Positions 20,632 to 31,377 are shown, numbered from the stretch's first letter. The stretch is DNA of 64,000 nucleotides from Nitrospiria bacterium (GCA_945787655.1 CALZIJ010000002.1:44576-108575), one strand, 5' to 3'. Program-made: numbers and translations. The notes: generated from the sequence alone by a model not told the origin.

Positions 20632-21836
20632 TAAAATAACCGTTCCTTATCCGGCAAAACCGAAAGTCCCGGCAGGGCTTTACCTTCCAGCAATTGAAGG
20701 GCCGCTCCGCCGCCAGTTGAAATAAACGAAATATTTTCAGACTCGTTGGCCTTGTGGACCGCGAGGGATGTTTCACCGCCACCCACAATCGTCATGGCAT
20801 ATGCATTGGCAACAGCATGTGCAATGGCTGATGTTCCGCGCGAGTATGCATCAATTTCAAACAAGCCCATCGGGCCATTCCAGAGGATCGTTTTAGCATC
20901 TTGCAGGGCTTCAGTAAAAAGATGAACCGAGGCTCTGCCAATATCCAGCCCCATCCATCCGGCGGGAATCTCCTGCACCGGAACGGACTTCGCTTCGGCG
21001 GAAAGTTCCTTGCCCGTCGCAACAATGCAATCCACCGGAAGATAGAACTTGACCCCGCGGGCAATGGCATTTTGCATAATTTCCCGTGCAAATGAAAGCA
21101 TGGATGTCTCCACCAGCGAATTGCCAACATCAATTCCAGACGCCTTTAAAAAAGTAAAGGCCATGCCGCCGCCGACGATCACCTTGTCTACCTTTTTCCC
21201 AAGATTTTCAATGACCCCAATTTTCCCCGAAACCTTCGCACCGCCCAACAGGGCCACAAACGGACGCGCCGGATTGGAGACTGCCCCAACCAGGTAGGTG
21301 ATCTCCTTTTTCATGAGAAATCCGCAGGCCTTGGTTTTGATCAATTTAGCAAGATGAAAAGTTGAAGCGTGTTCACGATGGGCTGTTCCAAAGGCGTCAT
21401 TGATGTAAACATCAATCCGCAATTTAGCCAGGGCGCTGGCAAAATCTTCGTTATTGTCTTGCTCGCCCTGGTGAAAGCGCAAGTTCTCAAGTAGAAGAAT
21501 CTCTCCTTTTTTGAGATTCTTGGCCATTTTTTCTGTTTGCGCACCAATACAATCTGATGCGAACAAGACTTTTTTGCCCAAAAGCCTTTGAAGCCGTTTG
21601 GCAACCGGCGCAAGTGAAAATCGCGGATCAACACCTTCCGGCCGCCCCAAATGTGACGCCAGTATGACAGACGCCCCTTCATCGATGGCATAATTAATGG
21701 TCAGCAGCGCAGACCGAATGCGGGTGTCGTCCGTAATATTCAGATCATGGTCCAGCGGGACGTTAAAATCGACACGGATAAAAAGCTGCTTCCCTCGAAT
21801 ATCGATGTCTTCAATCGTGACTTTGTTGGTGTTCAT
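20631..21836 (-). CDS. pgk: Phosphoglycerate kinase
   Basis: RVDFNVP, SHLGRP, LLENLRF, NDAFGTAHR, WNGPMG, STGGGA. Confidence 0.97.
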   Translation of the reverse strand: MNTNKVTIEDIDIRGKQLFIRVDFNVPLDHDLNITDDTRIRSALLTINYAIDEGASVILASHLGRPEGVDPRFSLAPVAKRLQRLLGKKVLFASDCIGAQTEKMAKNLKKGEILLLENLRFHQGEQDNNEDFASALAKLRIDVYINDAFGTAHREHASTFHLAKLIKTKACGFLMKKEITYLVGAVSNPARPFVALLGGAKVSGKIGVIENLGKKVDKVIVGGGMAFTFLKASGIDVGNSLVETSMLSFAREIMQNAIARGVKFYLPVDCIVATGKELSAEAKSVPVQEIPAGWMGLDIGRASVHLFTEALQDAKTILWNGPMGLFEIDAYSRGTSAIAHAVANAYAMTIVGGGETSLAVHKANESENISFISTGGGAALQLLEGKALPGLSVLPDKERLF

Positions 21837-21848
21837 ATCCTGCTCAAT

Positions 21849-22853
21849 TTACAAACGTTGACCTAAATATACGACCAGGTCTCGGACGCGCGTTGAATAT
21901 CCCCACTCGTTATCATACCAGGAGATGACCTTGGCCAAGCGACCGCCCATGACTTTTGTGAGCGTCCCATCCACTATCGAAGAGTGCGGATTGCCATTAA
22001 AATCAATAGAAACCAGCGGTTCTTCAGTATAATCCAATATGCCTTTAAGCGGTCCTTGAGCTGCCGCCTTCAAGGCGGTTTTGACCGCATGATCATCCGT
22101 GTCCGTTTCAAGAGTCACGACGAGATCAATCACCGAAACATTGGGCGTCGGCACCCGAATCGCCATGCCGTCCAGTTTACCGGACAGGTTCGGTAACACG
22201 GCTGAAATGGCTTTGGCTGCACCGGTTGTCGTCGGCGCCATGGAATGCGCGGCGGCCCGCGCCCGTCTCAAGTCCTTATGCGGTGCATCCAGCAACTGCT
22301 GGTCACGTGTATAAGAATGCACGGTGGTCATAAGACCACATTGTATGCCAAATGTTTCATCCAGTACCTTGGCCACCGGAGCGAGGCAATTGGTTGTGCA
22401 AGAGGCGTTGGATACAATATGGTGGTTTTCTGGCTGATACTCTTGCTCATTTACCCCCAAAACCAGCGTCACATCAGGATCTTTGGAAGGGGCGGAAACA
22501 ATCACTTTTTTAGCGCCTGCGCTCAAATGTTTCCCCGCAGAAACCCGGTCTGTAAAAAACCCGGTGGATTCAACCGCAATATCCACAGCCAGCTCCTTCC
22601 AGGGTAATGCCTCAGGATCTTTCTCTCTGGTCACCCGGACCGGCTTTCCATCTACGATTAAATGGGTGTCTTTCACTTCAACGGTGTGCGTAAACTGGCC
22701 ATGCACTGAATCGTATTTAAGCAAATGGGCCAGGGAGTTGAGGTCGCCAATATCATTGATGGCGACAAGGTCTAATTCGGGATGCGTTATGGCTGTTCGA
22801 AATAAATTCCTGCCGATCCGGCCAAACCCATTGATCCCCACACGTATTCCCAT
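21849..22853 (-). CDS. gap: Type I glyceraldehyde-3-phosphate dehydrogenase
   Basis: GINGFGRIGR, SNASCTTNCLAP, WYDNEWGY. Confidence 0.97.
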   Translation of the reverse strand: MGIRVGINGFGRIGRNLFRTAITHPELDLVAINDIGDLNSLAHLLKYDSVHGQFTHTVEVKDTHLIVDGKPVRVTREKDPEALPWKELAVDIAVESTGFFTDRVSAGKHLSAGAKKVIVSAPSKDPDVTLVLGVNEQEYQPENHHIVSNASCTTNCLAPVAKVLDETFGIQCGLMTTVHSYTRDQQLLDAPHKDLRRARAAAHSMAPTTTGAAKAISAVLPNLSGKLDGMAIRVPTPNVSVIDLVVTLETDTDDHAVKTALKAAAQGPLKGILDYTEEPLVSIDFNGNPHSSIVDGTLTKVMGGRLAKVISWYDNEWGYSTRVRDLVVYLGQRL

Positions 22854-22941
22854 CTTACTGCTGCTCCTTTATTGTCGGTTGTTATTAGAAAAAATGGCGC
22901 TGTTGCCGAGTTTAAAATTTTTAACCTGTTGAGTCAACGAC

Positions 22942-25377
22942 CTAAAACGCGTCAACGTCCTGGTCCAGGCGGAAAAAATCCATGGGGGAAGTTAATGTTT
23001 TTTTCTCGTGCTTCGGTTCAGTCCCTTTCACAAAAATTTCCATCTCCCCGCTTTCTCCTTCTTCGGACAAGTATCCCGTCGTGCGGTTGATCTTAGCATA
23101 GATAATATCATCCGGGATAGAAAAAGGGACAACAGGAAGCAGGGACAGGGCCTGGTCCATAAAAGACACCCAAATCGGCAATGCCGCCCGTCCGCCCGCC
23201 TCTCTATGGCCTAAAGATCGATTATCATCAAAACCCACCCAGACGCCGGCGGCCAGATTAGGCGTATATCCGACAAACCAGGCATCGGTGTATTCATTGG
23301 TCGTCCCGGTTTTTCCGGCCACCGGCCGCCCCAAAACACGGGCCCGTTTTGCCGTGCCGCGCTGGACGACATCCTCAAGTATATTCGTGACCACATAGGC
23401 TGTTTCTTTAGAAAGGACTTTTTGAGGATCAATGTTTCGTGATTCCAGAACACGGCCATTTTTGTCTGTGACCGACAAAATAAAAGCCGGGTTCACCCGA
23501 ACCCCCTCATTGGCATAGACACCGAAGGCCGAGGTCAATTCCAGCAGGCTGATCCCGGAAGAGCCCAGCGCCAGTGAAAGATCCTGGGTGAGCGTGCTTT
23601 CAATCCCCATCCGGTGTGCATAGGACACCACGTTTCGAATGCCGATCTGACGCAATAATTTCACCGTGGCGAGGTTTCTTGAGTGTGTCAGGGCATCCCG
23701 CAGTGTCGTCGGGCCGTAAAAACGTTTTTCATAGTTTTCCGGTTTCCAGACTTTTTGGGTTTCTTCATCCTTAAAAATAACAGGATTATCAATCAAAATG
23801 CTTGCGGGGGTGAATCCACGCTCAATAGCCGTACCGTAAATAATCGGCTTAAAAACAGAACCCGGCTGCCGCTTGGCCATGACGGCCCGATTATATTCAC
23901 TGCGTTTAAAATCATATCCGCCCACCATTGCACTGACCGTCCCTGTAACCGGGTCAAGCGCGATAAACGCCCCTTCCACAATGGGTTCCTGCTCTAACTG
24001 AAACAAAAGCCCTTCTTCCGGCACCATCTCCGTATTTTCCGTATCATGGGATTCAGGAGCGCCAGCCGCTCCGTTTGCTGCCTGCTTGACTTGAACCTGG
24101 ACAATATCATCCAGATTTAAAATATCGTGTGGCCGCGGATGATCAATGGTTGTTCTGTCTTTTCGAATATCAGGTCCGCTTAACTGGCGCGCGGCCCAAA
24201 GCATGTCTTCCATTAATATTTTGCCCACATGCCCTTCAACCTCGACGACGGCATACTCTTCTTTCCGGGCGAGGACACGGGCTTCGTGAAAATCGCCGAG
24301 CTTAAACGGTTTTTGACGGATGGAGGTTTCTTCTCCGGATTCATCAATCTGGTATTTGCGTATTGGACCACGATAGCCCTGACGTTTATCCAGTTTGCGT
24401 AATCCCTCCCGCATGGCCACTTCAGCCATTTCCTGCATTTCTTCATTAAGTGTGGTGTAGACGTTCAGGCCGCCCTTGTACACCACATCATCCCCATAAC
24501 GGCTAATCAGGTATTGCCGCACATATTCCTTAAAATACTGTGCCGATTTCTCACCGGGATGAAGTTTTTGGAACACCAGATCTTTTTCATAAGCCTTCCG
24601 ATAGGTTTGATCCGAGATGTAGTTTTCAACCGCCATACGTTTTAAAACCACACGTTGACGTAGTTTTGATCTTTCGGGATCCCGATAAGGAGAGTAATTA
24701 TTCGGGGCCTTTGGCAATCCGGCAAGAAAGGCCGCCTCTTCCAATGTAATCTCCGAAACATTTTTCCCGAAATAGGTTTTGCTCGCGATCTGAACCCCGT
24801 ACGCCCCGTGTCCGAAATAAATTTGATTCAGGTAGATTTCCAGAATTTCATCCTTGGTGAGCATTAATTCCATTTTCCGGGATAAAATGATTTCCTTGAT
24901 TTTACGCTGTATTGTTCTTTCCGGCGTCAGGAAAAGAGACCGGGTCACTTGCTGGGTAATGGTGCTGGCCCCTTGCCGGATTTGACCGCTTTCAATATTT
25001 TTTAAAAAGGCCCGGACGATACGAATCGGGTCAAACCCTCTGTGGTCATAAAAACGGGCATCCTCAACGGCCAAAATGGCTTGAATTAAGTGTTCCGGCA
25101 TTTCTTCAATGGGAACAAAAACCCGCTTTTCGATGAAATATTGTCCAATAATTTCATTTTTATCGGAATAAATACGCGTGGCCTGACTGGGAACGTAGCT
25201 GCCTGCAGGGTCTAGCGGGGGCAGATCCTGTGAAAAATAATAGATCACCCCCCCTGCGGTCGCAATGCCAATGACAAGAAAAACCAAGGAGATCCAAATC
25301 CCGATTTTAAGCCATCTCAGAAAGGTTCCTTTTGGTTTCTGGGCAGGAATTTCACCTGAAAAACTCTTTACTTCCAA
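22942..25377 (-). CDS. mrcA: Penicillin-binding protein 1A (class A PBP)
   Basis: EDARF, GASTITQQ, RKIKE transglycosylase motifs; SVFK, SRN, KTGT transpeptidase motifs. Confidence 0.93.
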   Translation of the reverse strand: MEVKSFSGEIPAQKPKGTFLRWLKIGIWISLVFLVIGIATAGGVIYYFSQDLPPLDPAGSYVPSQATRIYSDKNEIIGQYFIEKRVFVPIEEMPEHLIQAILAVEDARFYDHRGFDPIRIVRAFLKNIESGQIRQGASTITQQVTRSLFLTPERTIQRKIKEIILSRKMELMLTKDEILEIYLNQIYFGHGAYGVQIASKTYFGKNVSEITLEEAAFLAGLPKAPNNYSPYRDPERSKLRQRVVLKRMAVENYISDQTYRKAYEKDLVFQKLHPGEKSAQYFKEYVRQYLISRYGDDVVYKGGLNVYTTLNEEMQEMAEVAMREGLRKLDKRQGYRGPIRKYQIDESGEETSIRQKPFKLGDFHEARVLARKEEYAVVEVEGHVGKILMEDMLWAARQLSGPDIRKDRTTIDHPRPHDILNLDDIVQVQVKQAANGAAGAPESHDTENTEMVPEEGLLFQLEQEPIVEGAFIALDPVTGTVSAMVGGYDFKRSEYNRAVMAKRQPGSVFKPIIYGTAIERGFTPASILIDNPVIFKDEETQKVWKPENYEKRFYGPTTLRDALTHSRNLATVKLLRQIGIRNVVSYAHRMGIESTLTQDLSLALGSSGISLLELTSAFGVYANEGVRVNPAFILSVTDKNGRVLESRNIDPQKVLSKETAYVVTNILEDVVQRGTAKRARVLGRPVAGKTGTTNEYTDAWFVGYTPNLAAGVWVGFDDNRSLGHREAGGRAALPIWVSFMDQALSLLPVVPFSIPDDIIYAKINRTTGYLSEEGESGEMEIFVKGTEPKHEKKTLTSPMDFFRLDQDVDAF

Positions 25378-25648
25378 TGTATTACCTTGATATTAAACCA
25401 ATGAGTAGCCTACCGGGTTCCCTTGTTAAAAGTCAATCTGAATCAGTGGATTATCAGGCCTCTGTTACCCATTATAAACGATATCCCCTGATGTCGGTAA
25501 TCCTATTGAACACGGCCACCATAAGAAAACCTGGGATACTCCCTTAAAACGCTAAAATATGGTGATGAACCCCAACGCCCCTTAGGCTATAATATTCCAA
25601 ACACCGGATATTGAGAAGCACACGCGCCATCATCCGTTCACAGACATC

Positions 25649-25677
25649 TTGACATCCTGGGGGAGTTCGACAATAAT
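25649..25677 (+). promoter_or_regulatory. Sigma70 promoter candidate upstream of PDZ gene
   Basis: TTGACA-N17-AATAAT. Confidence 0.5.
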
Positions 25678-25706
25678 ATTTTCCTTCAAAATGATTTGGG
25701 AGACAG

Positions 25707-26072
25707 ATGAAAATTATCCCCGCCTTGTTGATTACCGGGTTCGTTAGTTTTCAATCCCTGGTCGGTGCCGGATGGCTGGGCATTATGGTGCAAGACCTCA
25801 CCCCCCGGCTTGCCATACAGTATGGTATTTTAACGACTGAAGGAGTTGTTGTCGTCCGGGTCCAGTTTAACAGTCCTGCAATGGACGGCGGGCTGGAAGA
25901 AGGAGACGTTATTTTGGCCTTAAATGGAAAGAAAATTGTGAATGCGGCGGCCCTGAAAGACAGTGTCTTAAATCATCCCTCCGGTCAGGATATCTCGCTC
26001 CTTGTCCTGCGTGACCGGAATGAAATGACGCTGACAATCACATTGGGTTCAGGTCCAATGGATGCGGTATGA
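25707..26072 (+). CDS. Stand-alone PDZ domain protein (HtrA-type PDZ) with signal peptide
   Basis: GWLGIMVQDLT, SPA..GGLEEGDVILALNG. Confidence 0.85.
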   Translation: MKIIPALLITGFVSFQSLVGAGWLGIMVQDLTPRLAIQYGILTTEGVVVVRVQFNSPAMDGGLEEGDVILALNGKKIVNAAALKDSVLNHPSGQDISLLVLRDRNEMTLTITLGSGPMDAV

Positions 26073-26114
26073 CACGCGTATTATCGAAAACCTCAAGACG
26101 TTCTGGTAAAATGA

Positions 26115-26249
26115 TTGGCAAAATTTAAAAAAAGAAGAAAAGAATTTGAAAAAAGTGTCGTCACCACTAATCGCTGGGGCTGTACAGTGGTGATCCTCCT
26201 GTTTGTCGGTATGATTGTCGCAATGATCTTCGCGGGTGCCATGCAATAA
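26115..26249 (+). CDS. Putative 44-aa small membrane protein
   Basis: TTG-start ORF MAKFKKRRKEFEKSVVTTNRWGCTVVILLFVGMIVAMIFAGAMQ filling the PDZ-comEC gap. Confidence 0.45.
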   Translation: MAKFKKRRKEFEKSVVTTNRWGCTVVILLFVGMIVAMIFAGAMQ

Positions 26250-26285
26250 ACTCGACCTTCCCGGCCTAACCTCTCTCAGGCTTAT

Positions 26286-28808
26286 GTGATATTGGAGGGA
26301 CCATTGAGGGGAAAACCCTTGTTAGCGGGAGCCCTGGCCTTGATTTTCGGGCTCCTTTTTGGTGAAGCCTTTACTTACTTTCCCGTATCACTTTCTCTCC
26401 TGGTATTCTTCTTTCTATTTTTAGACAGCCGTTTTTTTAACGGCCACTATAGCTCAATCCCGCTTCTTCTAATTTGGGGGATCGGATTTGCCCTGTATCA
26501 TGTGAGCTCAAACCCGCCTTCGCCCAACAATCTACATCAATACATGAACCAAGGTTCTGTCAGAATACAAGCCCAAATCATCGAAGCCCCTAGATATGCA
26601 TCAAACTATGTCGCCCTTCAAATGCAGGGGCTTTCCGTGATCAATGGAAAGACACCAAACCCCGTGACAGGTGAATTCCGGCTTTTTATCGCGCAGGATG
26701 AAATTCCTTTTGGTTACGGAGACCAGCTTGAAATGACCCTTCGACTGCGCGAGCCCCGTCAATATGAAAACCCCGGAACTTTTTTATATGCCGACTATCA
26801 AGCTCGGATTGGGGTACAAGGAATGGCCTGGCTTTCGAATACCGATTCAATCAAAAAAATAGGGGAAAGCGGGAATCCGTTGATAAAAAGAATCACCCAG
26901 ACCCGCGCGACGCTGCGGGAAAAAATAAAGAAAAACATTCATTCCCCTGCCGCCCCGCTAATGCTGTCAATGCTGATAGGAGAATCCGGTTACATTGATG
27001 ATGAAGTGCGAGCGGTTTTTACCCACGCAGGGCTTGCACACCTTCTGGCCGTTTCAGGCACCCACCTCGCTTTTGTGGCCCTTCTCATTTTTTCAGGAAG
27101 CAGGTGGTTACTTTTACGGCTTCCTGAATCCGCCCTGCTAAGGCTTTCGATTGGAAAACACCCCACACAGTGGGCGGTCATTCCCACGGCCATCGGGGTC
27201 ATTTTTTATACATTTTTGGCTGGAGGAAAAATCAGTACCATTCGCGCCCTCATCATGATCCTGGTCTATCTCTTTTCCATTTGGGTCGGCCGTCAACGAG
27301 ACCTAAAGGTCAGCCTGGCGTTCGCTGCGTTAATCATTATCATATTCGACCCCCGATCCGTTTTTGAAATCTCTTTTATATTGTCTTTTACCGCGGTGCT
27401 GTCCATCCTGCTCTTTATTGAATGGTGGCAAGCCGCCAACAACACACCTGTCCATCTTGCGGAAACCCTTCCAAACCCCAAACCGACTTGGCGAGAACGG
27501 TATTTTGATAAACCGGTCTTCCTCTTATTGCTGACCAGTTTAAGTGCATCCATCGGCACAGCGCCTCTCACGCTTTATTTCTTTCATCAATTCAGTTGGG
27601 CAGGGTGGATTTCAAACCTCATTTTAACGCCGTTGGCCGGATGGTTCTTAATCCCGTTTTCGCTCGCTTTCTCGGTCCTCAGCCTGCTTTCCGAATCTTT
27701 TCTTTTTTCCGGGGGACTCGAAGGGCTTTGGTCTCTATTTTTTTACTTTGTGCGCTTTTTTTCAGATCTTCCGGGTGCAGGCTTTCATTTGGCCGCGCCA
27801 CCCTTGATCCTTGTTTTTCTTTTTTACGGTACGCTATTTTTCATGCTGGGCACACACCAACCCAAAAAATTATTCCTGATCACTCTCTTTTCCTTTTTTG
27901 TGGTGTTTCTCGGTTGGGGGATACTTCGTATTCCACCTGACCACGTTCAGGTCACCTTTCTGGATGTCGGTCAGGGGGATGCCGCTTTTATTGAATTTCC
28001 GACAGGGGAAACGGTCCTGGTAGACGGCGGCAGACAGCGGGCCGGCAAATTTGGCGTGGCCCCTTTTCTATGGCAGCGACGCGTCCGACAAATTGACCTG
28101 CTCATTACAACACATCCTCAATTCGATCATATTGGCGGCCTGCCTTTTATTCTCAGAAACTTCAAGGTTAAAGCGGTATGGAGTAACGGATTGAAACAAC
28201 AGAACAAGACCTATGAGGCTTTTCTAAAAGCGATAGACCATACAAAGGCCACACATTACACCCTCCCCGCAAAATCTCCCGGTTTTGTTATCCCCCCGTG
28301 TACCTTTTCCTTTTTACATCCATCAGAACAATGGAATCTGACCAGTGAAAACGCCAACAACACCTCTATCGTCTTTTCCATGACTTGTGCTGACCCAGAA
28401 AGGGACCCCGTTTCCCTGCTTTTTACAGGAGACATCGAACAACATGCCGAACGCTTGATCCTGGAGAATAGGTCTCACTTGAAAAGTACCATTATAAAAG
28501 TGCCGCATCATGGCAGTAGAAGCTCTTCAACCGAACCTTTTGTTTCCGCCGTTTCTCCAAAAATTGCCCTGATTTCTTCCGGGAGAAATAACCCCTACCG
28601 GCATCCCCACCCTGAAACCCTGGCCCGTTACAAAACCCATGGCGCAACAATTTACCGCACAGATCAGGAAGGGGCAATCACCCTTAAAATCGGGAAAACG
28701 CTTTCTATCAAAACATATCGAAACACACGACTCCTCCCAATACAATGGGCGAACCTTCTTTTTCCACAGGAATGGCAGAACCTTAAAAAAACCTTCACTG
28801 TCTTCTAA
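26286..28808 (+). CDS. comEC: DNA internalization competence protein ComEC/Rec2
   Basis: HLLAVSGTH competence domain; DVGQGD, THPQFDHIGG, KVPHHGS, YRHP, RTD..G metallo-beta-lactamase domain. Confidence 0.93.
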   Translation: MILEGPLRGKPLLAGALALIFGLLFGEAFTYFPVSLSLLVFFFLFLDSRFFNGHYSSIPLLLIWGIGFALYHVSSNPPSPNNLHQYMNQGSVRIQAQIIEAPRYASNYVALQMQGLSVINGKTPNPVTGEFRLFIAQDEIPFGYGDQLEMTLRLREPRQYENPGTFLYADYQARIGVQGMAWLSNTDSIKKIGESGNPLIKRITQTRATLREKIKKNIHSPAAPLMLSMLIGESGYIDDEVRAVFTHAGLAHLLAVSGTHLAFVALLIFSGSRWLLLRLPESALLRLSIGKHPTQWAVIPTAIGVIFYTFLAGGKISTIRALIMILVYLFSIWVGRQRDLKVSLAFAALIIIIFDPRSVFEISFILSFTAVLSILLFIEWWQAANNTPVHLAETLPNPKPTWRERYFDKPVFLLLLTSLSASIGTAPLTLYFFHQFSWAGWISNLILTPLAGWFLIPFSLAFSVLSLLSESFLFSGGLEGLWSLFFYFVRFFSDLPGAGFHLAAPPLILVFLFYGTLFFMLGTHQPKKLFLITLFSFFVVFLGWGILRIPPDHVQVTFLDVGQGDAAFIEFPTGETVLVDGGRQRAGKFGVAPFLWQRRVRQIDLLITTHPQFDHIGGLPFILRNFKVKAVWSNGLKQQNKTYEAFLKAIDHTKATHYTLPAKSPGFVIPPCTFSFLHPSEQWNLTSENANNTSIVFSMTCADPERDPVSLLFTGDIEQHAERLILENRSHLKSTIIKVPHHGSRSSSTEPFVSAVSPKIALISSGRNNPYRHPHPETLARYKTHGATIYRTDQEGAITLKIGKTLSIKTYRNTRLLPIQWANLLFPQEWQNLKKTFTVF

Positions 28809-28838
28809 ATCTCTCTTAAAACACCGTTCTCCTACAAA

Positions 28839-28867
28839 TTGACAGTCTTAAAAGCATCCCCTAAGAT
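28839..28867 (+). promoter_or_regulatory. Sigma70 promoter, probably producing a leaderless mRNA
   Basis: TTGACA-N17-TAAGAT; ATG at 28874 begins 7 nt after the -10. Confidence 0.7.
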
Positions 28868-28873
28868 ATGCTT

Positions 28874-29320
28874 ATGAATCGTGCCAAGCTCATCGGCCTC
28901 ATCTGTTTCGTACTGCTCCTGTTTTCGATCGCAGCGTATTCCATGCTGGATTCCGGGGAGCGGCCTGTGACCTTTCCCAGCGGCACCATTCTGGGTGCGG
29001 AAGTGGCCGATACGCCGGAAACACGTGAACGCGGTTTAATGTTTCGCGACCACCTGCCCAAAGGCGGGGCCTTACTTTTTATTTTTGAAAAAGCCGGACC
29101 ATATACTTTCTGGATGAAAAACTGTAAATTCCCGATTGATATTATCTGGATGGATGAAAACAAAAAAATTATCCACATCGCAAAAGACACACCTCCCTGC
29201 ACATCGGACCCTTGCCCGACCTACGGTCCGAAGCAAAAAAAAGCCCTCTACGTGCTTGAAGTTGCGGCAGGCTTTTCAAAAAAAGAAAACTTAAGGCTCG
29301 GCCAGCCGGTCCGGTTTTGA
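28874..29320 (+). CDS. DUF192 family protein
   Basis: EVADT..RERGLMFR, FWMKN..FPIDII, YVLEV.AG. Confidence 0.9.
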   Translation: MNRAKLIGLICFVLLLFSIAAYSMLDSGERPVTFPSGTILGAEVADTPETRERGLMFRDHLPKGGALLFIFEKAGPYTFWMKNCKFPIDIIWMDENKKIIHIAKDTPPCTSDPCPTYGPKQKKALYVLEVAAGFSKKENLRLGQPVRF

Positions 29321-29386
29321 TTGAAAATGAATCAGACAAACCGTTATAACTAAACATACCAATTATAAATCACGGGAGGAAATCAA

Positions 29387-29971
29387 ATGTTCAAACCACA
29401 ATGGTTGGTTGCAATAATATTCATGCTGGCCCCACAAACTGGGTTTTCCGAAGTCTACGAAATTGACCCGGATCATACGCACATTGGCTTTTCCATTAAG
29501 CACATGGTCATTTCAAACGTTAAAGGGAAATTCAATACCTTTTCCGGAACCGTTGAGGTGGATGCCAAAGACAAGATCAAAAAAGGGATGGTCGTCATTG
29601 ATGCCGCAAGCATTGACACCAATCACCTAAAAAGGGACAAACATTTGCGTTCCCCCGATTTTTTGGACGTCGAGAAATTCCCTAAAATTACCTTTAAATA
29701 CAAAGCAACAAAATCTCAAAGTGGGAATCGCTATGTTATCATCGGGGATTTGACCCTGCACGGGGTCACCAAAGAAGTTGAACTCGAGATGGAACTGCTC
29801 GGAAAAGTGAAGGATCCCTGGGGCAACCATCGGGCAGGCGTGACCGGAACCACAGAAATTGACAGAAAGGATTTCGGCATCGTCTGGAACAAATTGCTTG
29901 AAACCGGTGGGTTTGTGGTCGGAGAAAAAGTCAAAATTGGCCTGGAAGTCGAGGGTATTTTAAAGAAATGA
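29387..29971 (+). CDS. YceI family periplasmic polyisoprenoid-binding protein
   Basis: IDPDHT, SIDT..RDKHLRSPDF, GDLTLHGVTK, DPWGN.RAG, RKDFG. Confidence 0.92.
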   Translation: MFKPQWLVAIIFMLAPQTGFSEVYEIDPDHTHIGFSIKHMVISNVKGKFNTFSGTVEVDAKDKIKKGMVVIDAASIDTNHLKRDKHLRSPDFLDVEKFPKITFKYKATKSQSGNRYVIIGDLTLHGVTKEVELEMELLGKVKDPWGNHRAGVTGTTEIDRKDFGIVWNKLLETGGFVVGEKVKIGLEVEGILKK

Positions 29972-29975
29972 TCTT

Positions 29976-30016
29976 TTCGGGCTTCCCGGAGTCCACCTTA
30001 GGAAACCCGAAGCCCG
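29976..30016. terminator. GC-rich hairpin after yceI
   Basis: CGGGCTTC(29978-85) pairs with GAAGCCCG(30009-16); alternative TTCGGG/CCCGAA pairing. Confidence 0.5.
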
Positions 30017-30150
30017 CCTTAAAACATCTATAGCCCATGGTGTCGGTTGGCCATCACGCTTCGGACCTTAAGACCGCTTCCCCTAAAGACTGAAAAACAG
30101 TCTTTAATCTTTCTTAATTTCTCCTGCAATATCTGATATTTTCAAGGAAA

Positions 30151-30178
30151 TTGACGGTTTAAAAATGCCCGCTATACT
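30151..30178 (+). promoter_or_regulatory. Sigma70 promoter candidate for porin/PBP/GGDEF-EAL operon
   Basis: TTGACG-N16-TATACT. Confidence 0.55.
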
Positions 30179-30231
30179 TGAGCATTAAGAGGATGCCTGC
30201 CTTTTTACTGCTTCTTTTATAAAGGGACACC

Positions 30232-31377
30232 GTGAATTTTCGCCATCCGTTTCAGGTCGGAATTTTAATTTGGATTCTTTGCCTCGGCTTTGTTACACCT
30301 GCCCAGGCGGTCCGACTGGATACCAGCACCCAAAATAGTAACTTTTCTTTTGGAGTCAATGCCTTCCTCGGATTTGAATATGCATATATGAGCAAGATGC
30401 CGATGGTCATGGAAACACCCGGCGGAGGAATGATGATCGGGTCCATGCCGGGCATTTCCTATATTAAACTCCAGCATCTCAACCTGCTCTTTTCTGCAGA
30501 GAAAGAAAACCTCCGGGTATTAATCAATTTCCACTCACACAATGTCGGATCAAACGAGCCTAAACATGAAAAGTCACACGGTACTCCTGAAATCCAGGAA
30601 GCATACGGGGAATATATTTTTAGCGATCACCTGAAAATACGAGCGGGTGCTTTTCTCTCCCCTTTTGGGTTTTACAATGATGTCCGTTATATCCTGCCTG
30701 TCTTCTCCAGCGTGGTATTGCCCCAAATATATGACCCGCCGATGAATTATGGTCATATGATGGTTGGAGGTGAAAGCATCGAACCCGTCGGCTCCTTTTC
30801 TCCCGAAAATGCAAACCTCATGCTTTGGGGAACGGCATTCAGAAACTCCATTGAAATTCGATACCACCTTTACCTGTCTAATGGGACCAACTCCTCAGAA
30901 GGAGGTCGTGAGGATAAAGATTTAGGGTGGGGCGGACGATTTTTACTCAGTGTTCAGGACCGCCTTAAAATAGGGGGATCGGGTTACACCGTCCATAATA
31001 ATAATGCCCCCGAAGGAAGAGCCCGGTTTTATGGCGCGGATATCACGGTCGTCCTCTTCCCGCCCTGGATTATTCAAAGCGAGTATGTCATCAACCGGTA
31101 TGCAAATCAGGCGTCCCGATATTCCTATTATTTCTATACCGGGTTTCCCTATCGATTGTGGCTTGAATTTCTTCGTTACGTTTTTTTAAAAGACCCTGAG
31201 CACCTGCTCATGAAAAGGGAACAAGTCCGTTATACCCTGGGTTTGGGTTACCAATTCAAACCGAATATTCAAATCAAGGGGGAATACCACATTCACCGCA
31301 TCCTGGATCACGCCGGACTTTCCAATGACCTATCCGAGTTTAACATGATCCGACTTGCTTTAATCACGATGTTTTAG
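30232..31377 (+). CDS. Outer-membrane beta-barrel (porin-like) protein with Met/His-rich segments
   Basis: Signal peptide AQA; EAYGEY..LKIRAG.F..PFGFYN; alternating beta strands; C-terminal Phe. Confidence 0.7.
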   Translation: MNFRHPFQVGILIWILCLGFVTPAQAVRLDTSTQNSNFSFGVNAFLGFEYAYMSKMPMVMETPGGGMMIGSMPGISYIKLQHLNLLFSAEKENLRVLINFHSHNVGSNEPKHEKSHGTPEIQEAYGEYIFSDHLKIRAGAFLSPFGFYNDVRYILPVFSSVVLPQIYDPPMNYGHMMVGGESIEPVGSFSPENANLMLWGTAFRNSIEIRYHLYLSNGTNSSEGGREDKDLGWGGRFLLSVQDRLKIGGSGYTVHNNNAPEGRARFYGADITVVLFPPWIIQSEYVINRYANQASRYSYYFYTGFPYRLWLEFLRYVFLKDPEHLLMKREQVRYTLGLGYQFKPNIQIKGEYHIHRILDHAGLSNDLSEFNMIRLALITMF

